NCBI GenBank assembly: GCA_964647465.1
Contig: CAZYFS010000001.1
Coordinates: 28,690-92,689 of the forward strand
Direction: 5' to 3'
Length of the DNA: 64,000 nt
From: an uncultured Candidatus Saccharibacteria bacterium
GTDB lineage: Bacteria; Patescibacteriota; Minisyncoccia; Minisyncoccales; UBA1441
The stretch's first letter is position 1; each line of letters begins with the position of its first letter. This document shows, one piece after another, positions 58,147 through 64,000 of this stretch. A program made the position numbers and the translations under genes. The notes under the pieces were generated by a model. It worked only from the letters and a program-made list of their open reading frames with translations, was not told where the DNA came from and did not search any database.

Positions 58147-58490
58147 TAATTCAGGGGTTCTTGATACTTATCAACAACGGAAGGAGTTTTTTCTGAGGAA
58201 AGAGGCGCAAAAATAAAAGCATTAATTTCCTTTTTGAAACTTTCAGCTAGGGCAGGTTCGATGGTCAGCTCTTTTTGAAGGACAAGAGGCAAATCAGAAA
58301 GAGAAAAAAGATTTAATAATAAATTTCCAACTATCTCTGGTAACTTTTGTTCCTGGATAGAGTCTAGTTTGTAGCGAGAAGAAAGATCGCGAATAATCTT
58401 AGCTGTTTCTTCAGAGAAAATAGCTTTCTGTTGACCCAGAGGGATATTTTTGTAAAGCTGCCAAAATTCATCTTCGCTTATTTCTCGCAT
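58146..58490 (-). CDS. hypothetical cytoplasmic acidic protein (114 aa), first gene of the VirB3-VirB4 sub-operon
   Basis: No TM and no motif. Its stop overlaps the VirB3-like start. Confidence 0.35.
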   Translation of the reverse strand: MREISEDEFWQLYKNIPLGQQKAIFSEETAKIIRDLSSRYKLDSIQEQKLPEIVGNLLLNLFSLSDLPLVLQKELTIEPALAESFKKEINAFIFAPLSSEKTPSVVDKYQEPLN

Positions 58491-58567
58491 AACAATTTCT
58501 TTTAATTACCTCATTTTACTATTTTTTAACAGAGACTACAAGAAGCCAGAATAAAGAGGTTGCTTCC

Positions 58568-58598
58568 TTGACAAATTCTTTAACTGTATTATTATTTA
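58568..58598 (+). promoter_or_regulatory. putative sigma70-type promoter for the SPFH gene
   Basis: Perfect -35 TTGACA at 58568-58573. Weak -10 candidates 17-19 nt downstream (ATTATT at 58591-58596, TATTTA at 58593-58598). Strong RBS AAGAGGAGGAAGC-ATG. Confidence 0.3.
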
Positions 58599-58639
58599 AA
58601 TACGTTCTCTAAAACTAAAAACAAAAAAGAGGAGGAAGC

Positions 58640-59773
58640 ATGAAATCCAAAAGGTTAAGATCTCCAGGATGGTTGATTTTGTGGTTAGTCCCAACAGTTC
58701 TTTCGTGTTGGTTCTGGCTTTGGTGGGTCGGGGTTATTTATGCCCTGGTGATGATTTTCCCAGTTATTTTTTGGGGTCTTGCCGAGGACAACATTTGCTT
58801 CACCTTCATCTCCGAAGGAACAGCGAAGATTGTTACTCGTAGTGGAGCATTTCGCAAGGTTTTACTGCAATGGGAGGGCCGCGAATTAGACGGAAACGGC
58901 TATGTTGGGTTGATCGAAAAACCGGAGGAAGGCGCTTTATTGCAGAAGAAAAAATCTTTCAGTCAATGGCTTGAGCGACTGTTTGGAGGTCTTCGCTTTT
59001 ACGGTCTTTGGCCGTTGGCAGACATGCTCGTTTATGAGATGCAATGGTGGGGAGTAGACGGCAAAGGAGAGATAGATTTTCACGAGAAGGAACTTCTAGA
59101 TTTTGTCTTAGTTCGCCCCGACTTGTATTGGGGAGAAGTGACAGAAGCAGAAGACAAGAATTTACTCCCTCTGAGGGTGGAGTTTGTTATCACTCTTCAG
59201 ATTGTATGTCCTCGCAAGGCACTTCTTGATATCCAAAACTATCTTGAGGCGGTGATAGAAAGACTGAAGCCGGCAATCAGGGATAAGGTTACGAGCTCTT
59301 CTTACCAAGAGTTAATAGTGGATCCCACGGATGTTGCAAAGGCTATCTACGATGGAATTTCTGATCTTCGCGACGAGTTTATTCGGGATTATGGTGTTAA
59401 GTTAATCTCTTTTGACATCAAGAATATTGATCCTCCGAAAGGTTACATAGAGCAAACAATGGTTGCTTATCTGGCCGAACAAGAGGCGAAGAAGATAGAA
59501 AGGCTTGCCGAGGCGAGGGCTCTAGAAATTAACCTCATCAACAAGGCCGTTCAGGATTATGGAGATCTCGGTCTGGCCATCAGAACTCTCGAAGCTCTTG
59601 AGAAGTCTCCTTTGGCCGCCAGCATGATCGTCCAAAAAGTTCCTGGACTAGAGGCGGCCCTTAAATCCCTTGGAGGATCTAAGGGAGAAGTTTCTGAGAA
59701 GGAGCTAGGGACCCTTCTTAAAGAGCTAAAGATCGCTCTCCAAGAAATACAGGAGGGCAAAAAGGAGGAGTAG
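58640..59773 (+). CDS. SPFH/band-7 (stomatin/flotillin/HflK-like) membrane protein, GC-atypical
   Basis: N-terminal Trp-rich TM. EGTAKIVTRSGAF, ...DFVLVRPD..., DYGVKLISFDIKNIDPPKGYIEQTMVAYLAEQEAKKIERLAEA, and an Ala/Glu coiled coil. Visibly higher GC and different codon choice (GAG, CTG, GCC, CGC) than the flanks. Confidence 0.75.
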   Translation: MKSKRLRSPGWLILWLVPTVLSCWFWLWWVGVIYALVMIFPVIFWGLAEDNICFTFISEGTAKIVTRSGAFRKVLLQWEGRELDGNGYVGLIEKPEEGALLQKKKSFSQWLERLFGGLRFYGLWPLADMLVYEMQWWGVDGKGEIDFHEKELLDFVLVRPDLYWGEVTEAEDKNLLPLRVEFVITLQIVCPRKALLDIQNYLEAVIERLKPAIRDKVTSSSYQELIVDPTDVAKAIYDGISDLRDEFIRDYGVKLISFDIKNIDPPKGYIEQTMVAYLAEQEAKKIERLAEARALEINLINKAVQDYGDLGLAIRTLEALEKSPLAASMIVQKVPGLEAALKSLGGSKGEVSEKELGTLLKELKIALQEIQEGKKEE

Positions 59774-59784
59774 AAAACAACGAA

Positions 59785-59822
59785 GGGAGGAACAAGTACA
59801 TTTTGTTCCTCCCGGATTTTTT
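59785..59822. terminator. bidirectional intrinsic terminator (SPFH / VirB6-like convergent ends)
   Basis: GGGAGGAACAA-gtacatt-TTGTTCCTCCC (11-bp perfect stem), then GGATTTTTT. Confidence 0.7.
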
Positions 59823-59843
59823 ATTTATAGGGGATATTTAAGC

Positions 59844-62114
59844 TTATAATCTATTTCTTCCCCTCGTTCCGGATCTTATTTTCTTCCTTTGCCGATTCAA
59901 CTGCTTTTTTAGTTTTGCTTGCCCGCGAACTTTTTCTCTTTTTTGTTTTGCAAGAGAAGGACCAGATTGAATAAAACCACCTTTTTCGCGAGCTCGATCT
60001 TGCATTCCTTTAGATAAAACCAACCCATTAACAATTTTTCCCACTTTTTTAAGAGATTCATCGAGAGATTTTTGAATCTCTACGGCGCTTTTGCCATCGC
60101 GAAGACCAATTCCTGATCTTGCAGCAGCCGTACTTTGTCGATAAAAGGCTAAAGATGAGTTTCTTGGCCGACCGGTATTTTTATTAATATCGGTGTAGAA
60201 ATCAGTTGTTTTTGGCGGGGCTGCTTGAATGGCATTACTAAATTTGTGACCCATTGTTTCAGCTGCTTTCGCCCATTGGTTTCCTCCCCAGAATTCATGG
60301 ATGGCGCTTTGGACACTAGAGGAGGCGATGGAAGAGCTTAATCTTTTGATTGCATCTGTATCGCCAGCCTTATCAACAATTCGATCAGTGTAACTATTGT
60401 AACCCTTTCCTGCTCGATCTTCTGCTTGTTGTTCCTTGGTGTAAGCTCCTGTTTCCTGAGCTATTCGCCCGAACATTTCTCCTAATTCTCCAGCGTAAAG
60501 TTCCTCTAGGGCCTTAGCTGTTTCTTTGGCGGTTTTATTGCCTTTAGCTTGTATGGCGGTTCGATATAATTTTTCTACGCCGACGTCATCAAGAGAAGAG
60601 TTTTTCTTAAATTGCTCAAAGTTTCCATCTTTAATTTCAGAGGCAACGATAGCTAATTGAGCCATTGGATTTATTGCCGAATTAAATCGAGAAACATTTT
60701 CATTGGTTGTTTTCCCTTTAGCTTTTTCCATGGCTACCTGAAGCGCTTTTCCGCGAGAAGTTGTTGTCATGGAGCTAACAGTTCTTCCGGTTAATCGTTT
60801 GGCATAACCACCGAAACCCTTTCCTTCTTCCATAGACATTTTTTCAATTGCTTCTTCTCCTCTTGCAACCCCAGATCTAGTGAAGACTCCTCGGGCTCCC
60901 CCCATAATAGCGTGACCAGTGCCAGCCCCAAATCCTGCATCGCCGGATTTTCTTAATTGTCGTCCTTCTGCGGCTCCTTGTTTAATCCCGACAATTGCTC
61001 CGGTGGTTCGTCGTACTGTTCCTACTCCTCCAGCCTTAAGTCCTTTCTTTAGCACTCCCTTCCCTCTATTGCCGATTGCCTTTGCTCTGCTTACAACAAG
61101 ATTGCTTCCGGTAGCGCTTACTTGCAGGGTAAAAAGAAAGCCAGCTATTAGGAAAATCATAGGAACGCTATATTGAGCAACGGTTGTCATAAAATTTGAT
61201 CCCGCTGTATTGTTTAGAACCATATTCGTTGTGGGTCGACTTACAGTTTCCTCAATTAATTTGTCGCTTAAGTAAATAACAAGAGCGGCAGGAATGCCGA
61301 TAATACTCCAGTTAATAAACTCCTTCCACCATCTTTGAAAATGTTTTTGACCAAAAGGAAAGATCCAAAGGAGGAAAGCAAGGGGCGAAATAATAATAAG
61401 CAACCAAAGAATGACATAACGCATCGCAAAGAGAAAAGCGAAAATCAAATAAATAAACATTGCGACAAAATTAAAAACGACAAGCAATAACCCTTTTGCT
61501 AAAGCAATCGCCGGATCAGCAGTAAGTCCTCCGCCTGTCAAAGTTGCAAACTGGCTTGCTATTTCTCCCCCCATTCCCGAGAGGAGAGTCGTGGTTTCTG
61601 GTAAAAAGATCCTGGTAACAACATTTGCTCCATCAATAATAATTCCACAAAGAGCAGGAGTGAAATTTATTAAAAGAGCGACAACAATAATTCGAAAAAG
61701 GGCCTGTTTTGTTTTAAAATTAGCTAGACTTAAAGCGGTTGCTAATCCTATATAGACTAAGCCAAGTATAATAAAGGACATCGAAAAATTCCTCATCATC
61801 GTCCATCCTTCTTGGACAATGAAGTTGTCAGGTCCGGTAAAACTTACTCCAATAAAAGAATCACTGATAACCCATTGAAAGATTTGTTGGGCGAATTCCA
61901 TAAAAGGAGCAGTTAGAGCAGTTAGGACAGCAAAAACAACCATTACTATTGCGTTGGAGAAAATATTCATAGCTCCACTTACTATCCCGAAAAGATCCCA
62001 AGAAAAGTTTGCTTCAGCCGAGAGAGGAAGAATTAAAATAAACAAAGAGAAGACAAAAACAAGACTAGTGAATAGTTTTCTTTTTTTGAAAAAACCTAGT
62101 AAAGAAAAATTCAT
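59844..62114 (-). CDS. VirB6/TrbL-like polytopic membrane protein with ~350-aa Gly/Ala/Lys-rich C-terminal extension
   Basis: 756 aa. Signal/TM plus about 6-7 TM helices with conserved Trp (FQRWWKEFINW). The C-terminal half is hydrophilic with G/A/K/R-rich low complexity and a highly basic tail KQKREKVRGQAKLKKQLNRQRKKIRSGTRGRNRL. Confidence 0.55.
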   Translation of the reverse strand: MNFSLLGFFKKRKLFTSLVFVFSLFILILPLSAEANFSWDLFGIVSGAMNIFSNAIVMVVFAVLTALTAPFMEFAQQIFQWVISDSFIGVSFTGPDNFIVQEGWTMMRNFSMSFIILGLVYIGLATALSLANFKTKQALFRIIVVALLINFTPALCGIIIDGANVVTRIFLPETTTLLSGMGGEIASQFATLTGGGLTADPAIALAKGLLLVVFNFVAMFIYLIFAFLFAMRYVILWLLIIISPLAFLLWIFPFGQKHFQRWWKEFINWSIIGIPAALVIYLSDKLIEETVSRPTTNMVLNNTAGSNFMTTVAQYSVPMIFLIAGFLFTLQVSATGSNLVVSRAKAIGNRGKGVLKKGLKAGGVGTVRRTTGAIVGIKQGAAEGRQLRKSGDAGFGAGTGHAIMGGARGVFTRSGVARGEEAIEKMSMEEGKGFGGYAKRLTGRTVSSMTTTSRGKALQVAMEKAKGKTTNENVSRFNSAINPMAQLAIVASEIKDGNFEQFKKNSSLDDVGVEKLYRTAIQAKGNKTAKETAKALEELYAGELGEMFGRIAQETGAYTKEQQAEDRAGKGYNSYTDRIVDKAGDTDAIKRLSSSIASSSVQSAIHEFWGGNQWAKAAETMGHKFSNAIQAAPPKTTDFYTDINKNTGRPRNSSLAFYRQSTAAARSGIGLRDGKSAVEIQKSLDESLKKVGKIVNGLVLSKGMQDRAREKGGFIQSGPSLAKQKREKVRGQAKLKKQLNRQRKKIRSGTRGRNRL

Positions 62115-62125
62115 TAAATTCTTTT

Positions 62126-62998
62126 TTAATTATCCTTATTATACTTTATTTTATCTTTCTTGGAAAACACCTGGAAGAGCTTTCTCCATTCTTCTTGAGA
62201 AAGAGTTCCTGCTCGTCGCTGAGGGTTAATTTGACAATTCGTTAAATCCTCTATAATTTCTTCTTTTTTCTTTGGCCAAGCTGCTAATAAATTATTAATC
62301 AAGGTCTTTCGAGAAGAGGCAAATCCGATATTAACAAGGCCAATAAAATCATCTGGAACTTTTCTTTGTTCGCCAAAAATTATTTTTACAATAACCGAAT
62401 CAATGCGTGGTTTTGGCCAAAAAGAAGCTGCGGGCAAAGCTCCAACTAGATGAAATTGAGCAGTTTGTTGGCTTAGAATTGATAGTCGATTGGCTCGCGG
62501 GGGTTGGGCGGTTAATTTTTCGCCAAATTCTTTTTGAAGAACGAGGACAGCAGAAAGTGGCCGAGGGTCTAAAAATAATATTCGTTCTATTAAATAGGGA
62601 CTAAGAGAGTAAGGAGGATTTCCAATGATTTTATAAGTGGCCCAGTCTCTTTTTTCTGCCAATAGATTAAAAACGTCGTCAAAAATAACCAAAATAGATG
62701 GATAAGCGAGAGAGGCCTTTTTTAAGACGGGAATCAGGCGACAGTCTTTTTCAACAGCGCTTACTTGTTTTACGTGAGGGGCAATTACACGAGTGATTGT
62801 TCCTAATCCAGCTCCTATTTCAAAAACTCTATCTGTGAGTTTTAGTTCTGCGATTTGCCGGATTTTTTCTACAGCATTTTGGTCAATTAAAAAATGTTGC
62901 CCTAGTTTTTTCTTAGGGGTAATACCATATTCTTTAATGGTTTTTTTTGTCCAAGCTTCTAAGCCTTGATTTGTTTTATAGGAGAATTGACTTGACAT
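62126..62998 (-). CDS. rsmA: 16S rRNA (adenine1518/1519-N6)-dimethyltransferase RsmA/KsgA
   Basis: LGQHFLIDQNAVEKI, EIGAGLGTIT (motif I), NPPY (motif IV). It has a ~40-aa C-terminal extension. Confidence 0.9.
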   Translation of the reverse strand: MSSQFSYKTNQGLEAWTKKTIKEYGITPKKKLGQHFLIDQNAVEKIRQIAELKLTDRVFEIGAGLGTITRVIAPHVKQVSAVEKDCRLIPVLKKASLAYPSILVIFDDVFNLLAEKRDWATYKIIGNPPYSLSPYLIERILFLDPRPLSAVLVLQKEFGEKLTAQPPRANRLSILSQQTAQFHLVGALPAASFWPKPRIDSVIVKIIFGEQRKVPDDFIGLVNIGFASSRKTLINNLLAAWPKKKEEIIEDLTNCQINPQRRAGTLSQEEWRKLFQVFSKKDKIKYNKDN

Positions 62999-63030
62999 AA
63001 GGGAATAAATACACTATTCTTGAAGACAAC

Positions 63031-64000
63031 ATGTCGATACCAAAGAGGGCCAATGAGATTTTTCTTGGCCTGAGCATTGTATTGTTGACAATTATTTTTC
63101 TGCCATTATCGAGGGCAGATTTTGAACCGGTAAGCTATCGCCTTAAAACAGATTCGCAATATATATCCGCTTCTTCCCAGGCGGAAGATTTTTCTTTTTC
63201 TTGGATGGAAATTATTCAAGGAACGGCCCTAAAAAGAGGAACATCGCCAGGGAAAATAGGCGAAAGTTCACAAGCAAGCTTAAATGAACCGGAATACAGT
63301 CATCGCGACCAGCTTTCATTTTATCATGTTCAGACTGGTGACACCATCGGCAATCTTGCAGAAAATTTTAATATTTCCAAGGATACCATTCTTTGGGCCA
63401 ATGATCTCCAGGAAAAAGACCTTTTAAAAGAAGGGAAGGAATTGATTATTCTCCCTGTCTCTGGAGTTATTCACTTGGTGCATAGCGGTGATACCCTTAG
63501 TCAAATTGCGAAAGATTATAAGGTTGACGTTGAAGGAATTACAGCTTTTAATCAAATAAACGAAGAGAATGCGATTTTGAGCGGAGATTTTCTAATCATT
63601 CCGCACGGGAAGAAACAATCAATCCCAACAAGAAAACTTGTTTCTATCGGGAACACCTCTTTTATTTTGCCGACCGAGGGCCAAATCTCTCAGAGGTTAC
63701 ATTGGTATAACGCCATCGACGTTGCCAATAAGTGTGGAACATCTGTTTATGCAGTTGCATCAGGAACAGTTCAGAAAGTTGGCTATACTTGGAATGGTGG
63801 TAACTATGTCCGCATCCTTCATGCCAACGAGATAAAAACTTATTATGGGCATCTCCAAAAAATCTTTGTTCGAGTTGGTCAAACGGTTGTTCAGGGACAG
63901 CCCGTTGGTTTAATGGGAACGACTGGGAAGCACTCAACTGGTTGCCATCTTCACTTTGATGTTATCGGAGCGGTTAATCCATTGGCAAAATATTCAATGG
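63031..64000 (+). CDS. secreted LysM-domain M23 metallopeptidase (peptidoglycan endopeptidase); 3' end runs off the window
   Basis: Manual translation from the ATG at 63031: MSIPKRANEIFLGLSIVLLTIIFLPLS (signal), then two LysM repeats (YHVQTGDTIGNLAENFNISKDTILWAN; HLVHSGDTLSQIAKDYKVDVEGITAFN) and an M23 core (...YYGHLQKI...GTTGKHSTGCHLHFDV). It is not in the ORF track because there is no stop in the window. Confidence 0.8.
   Translation, partial: MSIPKRANEIFLGLSIVLLTIIFLPLSRADFEPVSYRLKTDSQYISASSQAEDFSFSWMEIIQGTALKRGTSPGKIGESSQASLNEPEYSHRDQLSFYHVQTGDTIGNLAENFNISKDTILWANDLQEKDLLKEGKELIILPVSGVIHLVHSGDTLSQIAKDYKVDVEGITAFNQINEENAILSGDFLIIPHGKKQSIPTRKLVSIGNTSFILPTEGQISQRLHWYNAIDVANKCGTSVYAVASGTVQKVGYTWNGGNYVRILHANEIKTYYGHLQKIFVRVGQTVVQGQPVGLMGTTGKHSTGCHLHFDVIGAVNPLAKYSM

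Noticed and set aside
59044-59760. Track ORFs 59044..59229 (+) and 59557..59760 (-) inside the SPFH gene, with Arg/Ser/Pro-rich translations
   Set aside because: They are artefacts of the locally higher GC content, which removes stop codons in alternative frames. They have no start context and no motifs.
50953-62998. T4SS-like locus as an integrative conjugative element
   Set aside because: There is no relaxase, no VirD4/TraG coupling ATPase, no integrase or recombinase, and no flanking tRNA or direct repeats within the window. The only tRNA is 23 kb away. I therefore treat it as a resident apparatus, although elements beyond 64 kb cannot be excluded.
63638-63937. Track ORFs 63638..63835 (+) and 63662..63937 (-)
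   Set aside because: They lie inside the well-supported LysM-M23 peptidase reading frame (a different frame and the opposite strand) and are spurious.
1-64000. CRISPR array or cas genes
   Set aside because: No regularly spaced direct repeats were noticed and no Cas-like ORFs are present in the track.
1-64000. Alternative genetic code (UGA=Gly, as in some CPR lineages)
   Set aside because: Long uninterrupted housekeeping ORFs (ileS 1175 aa, leuS 804 aa and others) are obtained with the standard code, and conserved motifs are intact without reading through TGA. Code 11 fits.

Overview
This is an AT-rich (roughly one-third GC by eye, not computed), very gene-dense 64-kb chromosomal segment read with the standard bacterial code. 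No in-frame TGA problems are visible. Gene content and architecture point to a small-genome Patescibacteria/CPR-type bacterium (inference): many 1-4 nt start/stop overlaps, a stand-alone 5'-3' exonuclease plus PolX, a bacterial Elp3, a lamin-tail-domain (LTD) protein, a short PilB-like ATPase and a resident type IV secretion system (T4SS)-like module.

Most of the window is housekeeping.
- Translation: glmS, leuS, metG, glyQS, ileS, argS, tyrS, smpB-ssrA(tmRNA)-infC-rpmI-rplT, rpsT, tRNA-Arg(CCG), rsmI, rsmA, tsaE.
- Repair and replication: recO, mutM, ruvC, holA, polX.
- A histidine kinase plus two single-domain receiver proteins.
- The replication-origin neighbourhood at about 46.5-51 kb: dnaN-dnaA on the minus strand diverging from rnpA-yidC-jag on the plus strand, with DnaA-box candidates.

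The most interesting region is an ~11-kb minus-strand locus at 50953-62114, directly abutting the origin genes. It contains:
- a VirB6/TrbL-like polytopic membrane protein with a long Gly/Ala/Lys-rich tail;
- a small acidic protein;
- a VirB3/PrgI-like 2-TM protein;
- a VirB4-type ATPase split into two overlapping ORFs;
- a small 3-TM protein;
- two large paralogous secreted proteins that share a VirB2/TrbC-pilin-like two-helix N-terminal module, one of them extraordinarily cysteine-rich.

An SPFH/band-7 gene of clearly higher GC lies on the opposite strand in the middle of this locus. No relaxase, coupling protein or integrase is present in the window.

The second stand-out is an isoleucyl-tRNA synthetase carrying an in-frame phosphoglycerate-mutase-like histidine phosphatase domain insertion.

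All functional calls come from reading motifs in the supplied translations. No database search was possible.
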